NCBI GenBank assembly: GCA_020137815.1
Contig: CM035359.1
Coordinates: forward strand, 2,976,001 to 3,040,000
Origin: Hormiphora californensis
Taxonomy: Eukaryota > Animalia > Ctenophora
Direction of reading: 5' to 3'
Length of the DNA stretch: 64,000 bases
This document shows, piece after piece, positions 1 to 13,265 of the stretch. Every line of letters begins with the position of its first letter. Within the stretch, counting starts at the first letter, position 1. The notes under the pieces were generated by a model. It did not search any database. It saw only the letters and a program-made list of their open reading frames with translations, and was not told where the DNA came from. The position numbers and the translations under genes were made by a program.

Positions 1-1455
1 CGTCCGACCCGAAGTTGGAATCATATGGGTTTAGTTTGTCGAACCGGCAAGTTGCTAACATTTTCAAATCTTCACTACTTCTCAAATGATCCCATACTTT
101 CAGTCTAATCCCAAAATCCTATTAAAAATAGAGACAAAAATAACGGCACCAAACTGTGAAATGCCCTTGCATTAGTGCGAGTAGAATAAAATCAATTTTC
201 TATCTAAAGGCCGAGTTTATAGCAAGAAAGGACTATTTTACAACGAATTCTCTGGTTAGTATGGTAACCAACTCCGTTGTCATGGTAAATCAATCGAACT
301 CTATCGAGTTCTATCGCCAGCAACTGGATGAAAATTTATCCATTTCATTATGCACAATGCACAGGCTTTGGTTACGAAGTTACCCCTTGCCAGCGTGTGC
401 ACGCGAAGGTCGCCCGGCGACAGAGTGTGAGGTGTCTTCGATACCAAGCACAGGCTTGTGTAACAAAAAGGGGCGTTTTTATAGCTTATTGTTCATCATA
501 ACCTGAAATAAATAATTTTCATTACTTTCACAAAGGCTCAAAGTTTGAATATCAAATTTGCCAAAATTGTGCAGGGGCCACCCCAAAATTAATCTCTAAG
601 TAATTAATTAATTAATTTTGACTATTCCCACTTTCTGTAGATTATATTATATGTTTTATGCATGAAGAACATTCCTAGAAAGTTTCAAGTCGATATTTTA
701 AGCAGAACGGAAAATATAATTTAGTGCATGGGCAAACAAAATGGTGCAAGGGCACATGTTCAGGGGAAATTTGCACAAATTGTGCAGGGGCAAATTTTAA
801 TTAATTTGCCTATAATTAATTACCTAATTGATATATTAATCATACGGCTCTTCTAGTACTCGTAGTTATGCTACTAAAACATGCATAGAAAGTTTCGTGT
901 CAAAATATTAAACGGTGTGGACACAGTTCGATCATAAAATTGGTGCAAGGGCTGCCCTTGCACCATTTGCCCTTGCACATTGCCTGCCCTTGCACCAAAT
1001 TCCATTTTTTGCACGGCTCTAACTAACTAATTAATTAATTTTGACTATTCCCACTTTTCGAACATCATCTTTTATGATTGAAGAACATTCCTACAAAGTT
1101 TCAAGTCGATATTTTAAGCAGAACGGAAAATAGAATTTGGTGCAAGGGCGCGGTGCAAGGGACATAACACGCAATGTGCAGGGGCACGGTGCCCTTGCAC
1201 CGTTTTTAATTACCTATAATTAATTAATTAATTAAAAATTCAAAAATCCGCCAACGTCATGACACAAAGGAATACTACAAGAACATGCCTACAAAATTTC
1301 AAGTCGATATCTCAAACGGTGTGGCCACAATCGTTGACATGTTTTTTGCCCCCCCCCCCCCCCATTTTTGGGTTTTTGTGCAGGGGCAAAAATTTTTTTT
1401 TCTTTTTTTCGTTTTTTGCTGTTTTCTTCGGGTCGGAGGTGCCTGCCGGCACCTA
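1..1455. mobile_element. Non-autonomous DNA transposon (hAT-like terminus), left end just outside the window
   Basis: The window start CGTCCGACCCGAAG is nearly the reverse complement of CTTCGGGTCGGAG at ~1426-1438. The right end reads ...GCCGGCACCTA (TAGG terminus on the minus strand). Many subterminal TGCAAGGGC/GCCCTTGCA motifs and an internal duplication (~600-735 vs ~1028-1150). No transposase ORF. Confidence 0.6.
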
Positions 1456-1839
1456 AATATGAGTTATGAATCTCTCGAATAGCTCAACAAGCAACTTCTT
1501 CTCCTTTGCAAAAAATGGTGCAGCGAGTTCAACAAAACAAAATTACCTTAGAGACTAGAGACTAGAGAGAGATTTCCAACATTACCTTCAGATGCTAGAG
1601 ATTTTCCTTCTTCGCTGTCCTATATCCCCACGGGTAACGACTAAACTTTTGTCTTTTTTCCCACGCCAGTGTCCAATGTATTATTCACGCACTAACGAAC
1701 CCATTTGTTGAAGCTCAAGTTCCTCTCCGAGGCCGAGGCAACGCAAATATAGTTAATAATGCATGCCCCCTCTCTTTATAATCTATCTTTCTGTCCCCCT
1801 CCCTTCAACAGATACAAGACTAAACTACGATTAGATTTC

Positions 1840-2210
<371 letters not shown>

Positions 2211-2547
2211 CCTGTACCATTACTCTTTCTCTACCTCGCTATCCCCAGGTTACTCTCCACGACCTCCGAATACAAGGTTCCTGGAACGAAAGAGTTTTTC
2301 GATAAAAATGCGACCCTTGGACGGCCGATGTCTCCCCATCTCACAATTTACAAGTAAACCACCACTATTTTAATTAACATGAACCATTAGATTGTTCATT
2401 TTTTTCGACTCAACTTGCTGACATGTTATTATTTTCTAGGCCCCAACTGACATCAATGCTCTCTATCACAAATCGGATTACTGGAGTGGCATACGGTGCA
2501 GGTGAGCCTTTAGACTCTTCTGCAGTCTACATCTTATTTTAATAACA

Positions 2548-3475
2548 CTCCCCTCCCTCTCCCTGCTCGACCATCTCTCACCCCTTTCCCTCTCCCTGCT
2601 CGACCATCTCTCACCCCTTTCCCTCTCCCTGCTCGACCATCTCTCACCCCTTTCCCTCTCCCTGCTCGACCATCTCTCACCCCTTTCCCTCTCCCTGCTC
2701 GACCATCTCTCACCCCTTACCCTCTCCCTGCTCGACCATCTCTCACCCCTTTCCCTCTCCCTGCTCGACCATCTCTCACCCCTTTCCCTCTCCCTGCTCG
2801 ACCATCTCTCACCCCTTTCCCTCTCCCTGCTCAACCATCTCTCACCCCTTTCCCTCTCCCTGCTCGACCATCTCTCACCCCTTTCCCTCTCCCTGCTCGA
2901 CCATCTCTCACCCCTTTCCCTCTCCCTGCTCGACCATCTCTCACCCCTTTCCCTCTCCCTGCTCGACCATCTCTCACCCCTTTCCCTCTCCCTGCTCGAA
3001 CATCTCTCACCCCTTTCCCTCTCCCTGCTCGACCATCTCTCACCCCTTTCCCTCTCCCTGCTCAACCATCTCTCACCCCTTTCCCTCACCTTGCTCGACC
3101 ATCTCTCACCCCTTTCCCTCTCCTTGAACGACCATCTCTCACCCTTGGTGACGCAGTCACCCTTACAACTCGCGCACGTAGCGCGCGAAAACGAAGCCCG
3201 CGGAGCGGGCTGAGTGAGAGGTGAGTGAGAGGTGATTGCATCACCAACTCTCACCCCTTTCCCTCTCCTTGCTCGACCATCTCTCACCCCTTTCCCTCTC
3301 CCTTCTCGACCATCTCTCACCCCTTTCCCTCTCCCTGCTCGACCATCTCTCACCCCTCTCCCTGAACGACCATCTCTCACCCCTTTCCCTCTCCCTGCTC
3401 GACCATCTCTCACCCCTTTCCCTCTCCTTGAACGACTATCTCTCACCCCTTTCCCTCTCCTTGAACGACCCCCTT
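2548..3475. repeat. 33-bp pyrimidine-rich minisatellite (CTCTCCCTGCTCGACCATCTCTCACCCCTTTCC)n
   Basis: About 25 near-identical units, interrupted at 3145-3247 by a MITE. Confidence 0.95.
3145..3247. mobile_element. Mutator-like MITE (TTGGT...ACCAA termini, 9-bp TSD)
   Basis: Imperfect TIR TTGGTGACGCAGTCACC / GGTGATTGCATCACCAA, flanked by the 9-bp direct repeat CTCTCACCC. Confidence 0.8.
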
Positions 3476-4839
3476 TGTAAAGCAGGGTTAGAACATAACA
3501 ACCCTCCCTCCAGTTGTATATGGAGGTGCCATTTTGACTGTGTGTCCCGGCGGATTTTCCTCCTACGTCCACTTAGCGGAGTCCTACGCCCCCGGTGCTG
3601 GATTGATGTTGGCAGTTAAATCTGTGGTTGTGTGGCCCCTTGTATACCACACCCTCAACGGTTTCAGACATTTGGTAAGTAAGAAAAGTAGGACAGATAT
3701 TTGATGTGTTTGTGGGTATATTTAGAGCAGGGCCGACTGGGATCCCGGTTCGGCCCTGATGGAGAGAGTCTTACAGTTTATTGTCAGGCGACCCATTAAC
3801 AGGTCTATTCATTTCTTTATCACATGCGAAGTATAGAGAAATACCTCCAATTCCAGTTAACTGATTTGAATCCACTCAGGCTTGGGATATGGGCAAAGGA
3901 TTTGGAATTCAAGAGGTGTACAAGACAGGCTGGACAACATTCGGAATATCCCTGGCTCTCTCTTTTCTGCTGGCTGCCTTTCTCTGAACACTAAAAGAGA
4001 CACTAATATACTGCCTATATCTGTAGAAAGAATATTTTGTTGTGTATTTATATTTGCCTTGACAGGAGACGCGGGGTTTTTCTGTATTCCATCTTTCCAC
4101 ACTGTATTTCTGGTAATGGGGTCTGGCTCTACTGCATCGTCGGAATGTTTGTGCGGCGCGGTGACACTGATATGTCCAAAGTACACTTGTTTTCGCGCGC
4201 GTTGCAGCTTTTCTCCTTCTGCGCTGACAAGCGACCCGATCGATCCAATTTCGCTTTCTGTCTCCGCCAAACCCCATTTTCACAGTGTGCTAAGATTGAT
4301 CTCCAGACAGACCTTCCAATGGTTGGGCTGGCGCCCCACGGGTGAAGTGGTAGCAACTTGGAGAAAACGGTTTTCTTGGGTTTCAAAACCCATCTATCAC
4401 AGTTATCCCATAATAATAAAAAAGCAAATATAATTTGTTCAGAAGAAATATAACTTTTCTCATACCGTCTCACATCTCGAGACCTCTATTATAATTGTCG
4501 ATTTTACACAACAAACAGCAAAAAACACACAAATTGTCAGCAAGCATCTGAATAGGATTTTCATTGAAACCCATTGTCTTTCTTTTGTTTTTGGTTAAAA
4601 GAAGGCATAATTACTAGCTGAATTTAGTTTATTGGTCATTTTGATCTTCTGCGCTGGTTAGGTTTTGTGTTGACCCACTTTTAATGGTAGGAGCTATCAA
4701 TTCCAAACTGCTATGGTGGTTTGTCCTTCCATTGCTACTACTAGAACCATTCCGACCTACTGGACTCAATGTCGCCCCACTCCCACCTCTGTGGTTATAG
4801 TTAGTCTCACTATTCTGGCGACTACTATTGTTCAAATTG

Positions 4840-7800
4840 TCACTTCCATGACGTGCCCGATATCCTCTCGTCGAGATAGTTATCGTTGCAGGCTGGATGG
4901 TAGTTCCCGTTGTTACCGCGGATTGATAATTGTTTGTTCAGGGATTTTGTGGATTGGGAGTTGAACGCGGAGCAGAGGAGAATCTGGACGAATCGGGAAC
5001 GGAAATCTTTATTTACGTACCTAGGAGTAGAAAGAGGGGGTTAGTAACGCTAAGGAGAGACGGGGCGAATGGAAGGGCCGGGGATCAACAATGTGGGGGA
5101 GGGGCCGGGGGCTGATTGTTATATGAGTCTGGTTGATCGAGAATTAGTGGGAGAATTCTAACCTACGGCACTGATAACAAATAATAATATTATCATGTCT
5201 TATCCGGGTTTATGTAACTCCTTACTCAATAAATAAGGGTGGGGTTGGCAATCTTCCCGGGGCCTGCTGCAGTTATAATATATGAAGCTACCTCGACCCC
5301 CTCTCTCTCGCCCCGTTAGAATTACATAACAAGTAAAGTCGAATCCAAACTATAAAGACCCTCGCATGGGTTTTGTGAAATTTCCCACGATCAATGTAGC
5401 TCCTAGAAAAAATTAGGGCCGCGGGTACAAACTTGACCAAAAGAACAGGGAGGAGGTTAACTCTTACGTGTAAATGAAGGGGTTAACGGTAGAGTTTAGC
5501 ATCACTAGGATCGCCTGGAATGTGTTAATCTCCGGGGGAAGCTTTAGTTTGTCCTTTAGTAGGATCCCCAGGAAAGTTATCAGTACCTGAATTATAGAAT
5601 TACATTATAAAAAAAGTATCATTGAACATTTCAACTCGGGGGGGGGGGGGGAATAATTTATCTTGGACATGGGGTATTGGATGTCTTCGGGGAGGGGCAG
5701 GTGGACGGGTCTTCCATATCGCGTCAGTTAACAAGCCCAAGCCGTTGGCCGTACTAATGTACTATCCATCACCAAAATAAAAAGGGAGACACGTCCCAAA
5801 CTACGTACCTGTGGTAGCCAATACCCAATTGAAAAGAGGAGACACGTCCCAATTAAAAGGCGAGACACGTCCCAATTAAAAGGGGAGACACGTCCCAATT
5901 AACTACGTACCTGAGGTAGCCAGCACATTAAAAAGGCACCAACCACCAAACTGACAGTTCTAAACGCCTTCTGGTCAGCTAACAGGGTACTCTTCCGACG
6001 TAAACTGCAGTGGAGAAATAACTGTGTTAATGAATCATGACGGGGTTAGGGGTATGTTGGTCCAACTGGGTTAAGTTTCATTCAGGAGCAGGAACCGACC
6101 GAATCAGGAAATACTGGTCCCTGATTGGCTGATAACCAGTCACGTGACCTAAATCGGTCGGTTCCTGTTCAGGAGGCTCACAGTTTAGGAGGTTGTATTA
6201 AGATTCTCACTTCTCACGATGCCTTTAGTGTAGTACACTTGGCAGGCTTCATTTTTTGTGCTTTAAACTTTCTCTAGAATACTAGTTTTCACATAGAAAC
6301 ACACACACACACACACAAAACTCATATCTTTTCATACCGCACGAAACATCCAGAAAAGAAGAATTTCCCTGGGAGGCTAGAAAAAATTGGATGAAACATC
6401 GCGGTATCATAAATAGAGGATATATTTTACATAAAACTTTTCTAGTGGGCACTTGATCATCACTAAAATGAAATCATTCACAACGGTGAACACAATGAGA
6501 TAGGTCCGGGTATAGTACAGACTAAACAACCCGATCTGTACATGTCTGACGCTGTTATAGTCCCGATCTGAAGAAACTATCTGAGTATCTGGACTCGGGG
6601 CCTCCCCAGATCACCCTAAATTTAGTTTATACCTGTCACGGCGTGGTTGTTGTGGTTGAGGGATTGTTAGTTGGAGCTTCCACGAAGTGACAAGAAGGAT
6701 AAAGTTGAGGACGACAATCACCTGGAGATGAGAAATTGGGGGTTTGTTTGAAGATTTTACCCTGGTACTTTTTGTTAGTTGGTCTAGTTAGACAGACATA
6801 CTGAAGATGAGAGATTGGAGAAGGCTTTTGAGAAATATAGATGGCGAGAAAAGTTAGAAATACACGTGTGACGTGTGTGGCGAATAAAGGGGTAGCGGAC
6901 AGGAACCGACCGAAATAAGTAAACAACCAATCAGAACTCGTTATTTAGGTCACGTGACTGGCTATCAGCCAATCAGGGACCAGTATTTCCTGATTCGGTC
7001 GGTTCTTGGTAGCGGAACACATCAACTTACCAGGAGTGGAACGATAACGAAAAGGCTAACGCTGATCATGGAGAACGCATTGGCAAGTTTTATCCGTGTA
7101 ACGTCAGTGTCTATCGTTCCATTTACTGCATTCTGAATAGGAGGATTATATTTGGTGAGGTGTGGGGAAGATAAATGAGAGTTTTGATTGATGGAATTAG
7201 AAAGATATTGGGCAAGGTATATAAAATATACCTGAACAAAATTGATACGACAGAATCCCCTATCAGCGCTGTAGTGATAGTTATTGATACCAAGGAGAGG
7301 TGGGACCGGTACCACCAAACACCATATCCAGCTGCGGGAAAAATATTTTTATGAAGGAGCAACACTTAGTTTTATAAAGGAGCAGTAGGACATTACAAAA
7401 CGAGAAATTATACCTGAAAGCACAGGCAATAACAGCACCGCGTTTTGTGACAATGTTTGCTTTAAATGGATTTAAAACAACCAAAGCTCGGTGGACTGTT
7501 ATCATTAGTATGGTTAATGTTGACACGACTGGGAGGTAGATTGCGATAAAACCATTTATCATACAGAAATACCCGCCAAATACCCATCTGAATAAAATGG
7601 AGAGGGGGTTGAAATATAAATTGAAAGGGAAATATAAAATAATTTTAGAAAAGATGATGAAGAGTAAAAGATACGATTACGAGAAAGGCGAGGAGAGATT
7701 GGTTAGATCTATATATATATATACCTGTTTAGGCACACTGAAATGAAAGCGAAAGGTAGATTTCCCACGGCGATTCCAAGATCAGTAACGGCCAAGTTGA

Positions 7801-10428
7801 GTAAGAAAATACTGGTAACCTGCGTGGGGTACTAGTTGAAGTAGTGTTATGTGACATTGTTTTTTAACACAAAATGTATCTCTCCCTTTCCATTTTTCAA
7901 TACCCTCCTTCAGCCTTGTTTTCCAAATAGGTTTATAGCTTTTCAGCTTTCCTATCAAATCATAGACAACACAATGTCACAATATGTGAACAAAAGCGGT
8001 CAGGGAAAACACCAAAAAAACACGACACTATATACCAGGTTGAAGCTACAACATACAACGGGTATTACACAAAACAACAAATACATTTAACATTAACTGC
8101 CAAAAAAGATAGTGGTACATATTATTTATGGAACGAAAGGAACTCGCGTGAGCTGATTTGAGAAATTTTAACAGCGTTCACAAGTTGCTAAGGCAGCGGA
8201 TTACGGGGGCCCGGATGAGACGCCCGTACCAGTCGCCCGTACCAGTCGCCCGTACATTTGCTTTGCGCATTGCGTTTCACCACACTTTCACCACAACAAA
8301 ACACATGCGCGTAACGCGCATGTACCTTATCTGTGGTGAAAGTGCGATGAAACGTAATGCGCAAAGCAAATGTACGGGCGACTGGTACGGGCGATCTATA
8401 CGGGCGATCTATTCGAGCCCCCGTAATCCCCCGTGTAAAGTAGTTCTCCAAGACAGTGCAAGCAGTGCAGTCCTAGAATTCTATGAGCCAAACATGTGGG
8501 CTGCAGCCTGGATAATTCAGGGAGTCATCACGAAAGGGCCGATAATCTGGCTTGATGAACGGAAAACCCTCTTGACATATACAGCTCGACTGATAGAGAA
8601 CGAGTTTTAGGGCTGCTGCTTCTGGTGGGACAATGGGACATGGAGAGCTGAACAGTAAGAGCTGTGATCCTCTCACCGCTAGTGAAGTATTCGCACTCTC
8701 CAAGGCTATACTTTTGTCCTCGTTCCAGACATAACTCAACAGAAGGGATGCAGCCCAGCGAGTGACTCGGGCGGGGGACCGAGATGTAGTGGTGGTGGGG
8801 AGAGATAAACCACCGGCCGGGGATTCGGGGTGGACTTTCATGGAGTGAGATACTGCAATCTGTGAATATGGAGAGACTGATGGTTCTATAAAATTTATAG
8901 GACAATATAAAGTAGAACTACACCACGACAAATTACATGTATTGTTTACCCTACTGGATTCAACTAGGTTCAATTGAACCCTCAAAATGATATTTTATCC
9001 CGAACTCAAAATCCCCAAAATGTACATGTAACCAGATAAGTTAAGGTTCCAATTCACACAAAATAAAAAATGCTGTTTACATACAGTTAGCTTAGGCAGT
9101 GCAGTAAACTAAATAAATTGCAGTGCTGCTATTTTATGGCATATTCACGAAAAACTAACAAAAAATGCAGGTTCATGGTGTGAAAAAAGAATGCCGTTTT
9201 GAAAACTCGTCACTATTGAAATCCCGCGGTGCGCTGTTTTTTATCAAAAAAGCTGCTAAATTCCCCACTAGATAGCTTTTGGAATGCGGTAAGCTTGTTT
9301 ACCCTTGTAGCCGGGCGGTATTTAAGAAGGTATAGAAGGTACATGGAACGTTTTCTGGTTGTCGTGGAAGATCGCTGTGGGGGATTAGGGGGAGGGGTAA
9401 ATAACTTTGCGGGGATTAGGGGAAGAGATAAATAACTTTGCAGAGATTAGGGGAAGGGTAAATAACTTTGCGGGGATTAGGGGAAGGGTAAATAACTTTG
9501 CAGGGATTGGGGGAGGGGTAAATAACTTTGCGGGGATTAGGGGAAGAGATAAATAACTTTGCAGAGATTAGGGGAAGGGTAAATAACTTTGCAGGGATTA
9601 GGGGAAGGGTAAATAACTTTGCGGGGATTAGGGGAAGGGTAAATAACTTTGCGGGGATTGGGGGAGGGGTAAATAACTTTTCGGGGATTAGGGGAAGAGA
9701 TAAATAACTTTGCAGAGATTAGGGGAAGGGTAAATAACTTTGCGGGGATTGGGGGAGGGGTAAATAACTTTGCGGGGATTAGGGGAAGAGATAAATAACT
9801 TTAAAGGGATTAGGGGAAGGGTAAATAACTTTGCGGGGATTAGGGGAAGGGTAAATAACTTTGCGGGGATTAGGGGAAGAGATGAATAGCTTTATGGGGA
9901 TTGGTGGATGGTAAATAAGATTAGGGGGAGGTATAAAGATATTTAGAACACTTGAAGTTGAATGCACTATGTAACTAAAACGCAACACCAAAATTCAGGC
10001 AAAATGTTCCATTCCACGACCCCCACTATAAACTCAGCTGTTAGCAAATTTCACAAAAAACATGCAATATGTTACCTTGAAACTGGAGATACCCCCTCTC
10101 CACCGATAGTTGATTATAAAAACACAGACGTTACCAACCGTTCCAGAAACGGCTAGAATGAAGTAGGTCGCTGCTAGGAGACCCTGTAAGGAAAAACACT
10201 GTTAATCCAATGCTCTTACAGGGAAAACATGATTTATAACTTGGAATTCTAAGATTCACTGTATGGGGAATCAGGATCTACAAGATAGTACAACTCATAC
10301 AATATCTACTACATATATGTTATTTAGTAATTAATTAATCAGTAAATTAAATCGTATACTTGTACCTGAGCGAATGTTGAACGAGTAGTGTTGATATCAT
10401 CAAGATCAAGTATTGAAGCATTAACCAT
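4840..10428 (-). CDS. Class A (rhodopsin-like) GPCR, 11 exons, ~382 aa; opsin-like motifs but no retinal-binding lysine
   Basis: Phase-consistent GT-AG exons: 10428-10366, 10183-10104, 9354-9303, 7819-7725, 7587-7414, 7331-7232, 7132-7031, 6721-6633, 6004-5911, 5586-5468, 5020-4840. Motifs: TM1 GTVGN, TM2 LLNLAVTDL, WVFGGYFC, TM3 HRA (DRY position), TM4 W..PPLLG, ECL2 Cys, TM5 VPLL, TM6 AFLMCWLP, TM7 NPFIY, helix 8 NKDFR..F..ILLC. The exon 2/3 junction is the least certain. Confidence 0.9.
5785..5900. repeat. 23-bp tandem repeat containing a duplicated copy of the GPCR exon-9 donor site
   Basis: GAGACACGTCCCAATTAAAAGGG units; AACTACGTACCTG(T/A)GGTAGCCA occurs at ~5799 and ~5901. Confidence 0.85.
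6089..6167. mobile_element. hAT-type MITE, internally deleted copy of the 109-bp family
   Basis: TIR CAGGAACCGACCGA / TCGGTCGGTTCCTG; 8-bp TSD TTCAGGAG. Confidence 0.9.
6900..7008. mobile_element. hAT-type 109-bp MITE
   Basis: TIR CAGGAACCGACCGAA; 8-bp TSD GTAGCGGA; internal CCAAT-GTCACGTGAC-CCAAT. Confidence 0.92.
8198..8429. mobile_element. Palindromic (foldback) MITE
   Basis: Arms GGATTACGGGGGC...CGCCCGTACATTTGCTTTGCGCATT...TTTCACCACA and their reverse complement flank a short spacer; TSD not resolved. Confidence 0.7.
9380..9935. repeat. 30-31-bp G-rich minisatellite (GGGGATTAGGGGAAGGGTAAATAACTTTGC)n in GPCR intron 2
   Basis: About 17 tandem units ending ~25 bp from the exon-3 acceptor. 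Confidence 0.95.
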
Positions 10429-11444
10429 CACACCCACACATCTTTATCAACTTGATATTTTATCTGACATTGCTTTACGAAGTAATAGATTTATTGTTTT
10501 GTTCAAAAGGGGTTCAAACCCTTTTTATTTTATCAAAAAAAAAGGGAAAGGTTCGAGCAAGGCAAATATAGATTGGCATTTCGAGTGAAGAGGAAATAAA
10601 TGTATAGCAATTCGTGATCTAACAAAACATAGACCGTAAACTGACCATGCTGTATTTTAATTGACCTCAAGCCCACTAATTGATCACAAATTACGAATGG
10701 TATAAAAACAGCCCCCAACAAAGATCAGTGATACGAAAACTCAGTGTAACAAGTAGGGAGATTCAGTAAACAGTAAACACTGAGAATCTGAAGCCTGATG
10801 ATGTAGTTAAGAGATGAAATGAAGATTTTCAGAACGTCCAATCTACTTAGCCAATTAATACTGACTTCAGTTCCAGGCCTCATCTCTCATCATATCTTCT
10901 TCCACTCATCCTTTCTCTCTCTCACTGTGCCTCTAAACTATCTCTCCCTCTCTCTAACTCTCTCTCTATCTCTTTATCTTTCTCCCTGTGGCCTTTCTCC
11001 TCTTGTTCATTTGTCAACCTCTCTCTCCCTATATTCATTCTAATCTTGAACTCCCAAGGCACATGCTTCTCGTCTAGATCTAGTCACGTTCGCAATGCAA
11101 TTCTAACTATCTCTCACTCTACACGGGGGCAATTTTATCAACGGTTGAAAACTTTTTCTAATAAGCCGTGAGCACTCCTCTCCCTCTCCCCCTCTTCCCC
11201 TCTGAGCGAGATCTTTGGAGACAACAAGACATTCCTTTTATCCAATCAAATAGTAAATAAGTGAACCTGAGCAAATAAGAAAGTTTTTGACATTTTTCAT
11301 TAAAGTTTTAGCTCATATATCAAGTTCATTTGTTTCCAAAAACTTCAATAAAAAATAGCTGTTTTTAGTTGTACTGCAGAAGTCACCAGGTTTCATTTAG
11401 TGGCCATGCACTGCACCTGTACATATAACAACTAAAAAATTGCA

Positions 11445-11596
<152 letters not shown>

Positions 11597-12615
11597 CCTC
11601 TCTTGCTCTTCATTGACTGATAGAATGACCGGTGTTTTGCTGGTTATTCCAATTCACCAGCTGTTGGCCATGAAGCGGACATAAGGAGTGTAACAAACTC
11701 GAAAATTGATGCTAAAATTAGCGATATAAGGTAGGGATCAAATATTCAAATGGTCACGCAGTCACGTTGAGGCCAATGCTCTGAAAAAAGCAGAAGTTGT
11801 TCTAAACAATTGACAACAACTAAGATCCTTGAATTCTGGCATGAAATTAATCCGTTATTACAAACCACATCTCTCCCTTTCTTTCTCTCTCTCTTTTTCC
11901 ACAACAAAGCAAAAGAAAGTTGTATGTGACCCGGCCCGTGGTTTCCTAATTCCTGTATATAATACAGCTACTGCAGGTCTCATACCAGCTGACCAGGGCA
12001 GTCGTACTAGACCGTGGTCCACCGCTATATTTCTACTTAATTAATTTATTCTCCATGAAATTGGTGTGTTTAATTTGTTTCCCCAAGCTCCATCTTATAT
12101 CTGTACGTGTATGTGTGTGTATGTGTGTGTGTGTGTGTGTGTGTATGTGTGTGAGACGTTTTTATTACGTCATTCAATCAGGCCCACAACCGGGTCATTA
12201 ATTGTATGCTTGGCAAAGCTCTTCTACATTTGCAGTTAGAGCTAGCAAATGCACGCACGAAACACATAATATGTAATTAACAATTTACCAAGTTAGTTAA
12301 AATGAAAAAATAATCATGAACTTCTTGGCGAAAGATCAAAAGCAGTTCGAAATATATTCAGATTATCATGGTAAGCACGGAGAGTGTCAGGAGACTCACA
12401 GTAATGGAATCTCTTTGACTGAATATAATAACGATTAGTCGCGCCATGAAGTCTTCTCTAAACACTATATATAGAGGTAGAGATTATATATGTGGATTTG
12501 CATTCTCAAGTCAAGAAAAGATTAAAGGTACCTACTTGGCCTTTGAATCTGTCTCCAAGCTCCCTCTTTTCTAATTCTCGCCAGCTCGAGCCTTAATCTT
12601 TCTCTTTCTACTTGT

Positions 12616-13265
<650 letters not shown>

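Noticed and set aside
2478-3572. 364-aa ORF of WSSRERERGER repeats; also a possible CRISPR-like array
   Set aside because: Translation of a 33-bp minisatellite; there are no unique spacers or cas genes and the context is eukaryotic.
3857-4473. Overlapping 100-183-aa ORFs on both strands
   Set aside because: No recognisable domain and no consistent splice model; an unrecognised exon cannot be excluded.
5288-5402. Alternative GPCR terminal exon (SYIDRGKFHK...)
   Set aside because: Phase-compatible but lacks helix-8 features; exon 5020-4840 gives the canonical NKDFR..F..ILLC.
5468-5586. Calling the GPCR a true opsin
   Set aside because: The residue six before the NPxxY Asn is Met, not Lys, and both counterion positions are non-acidic.
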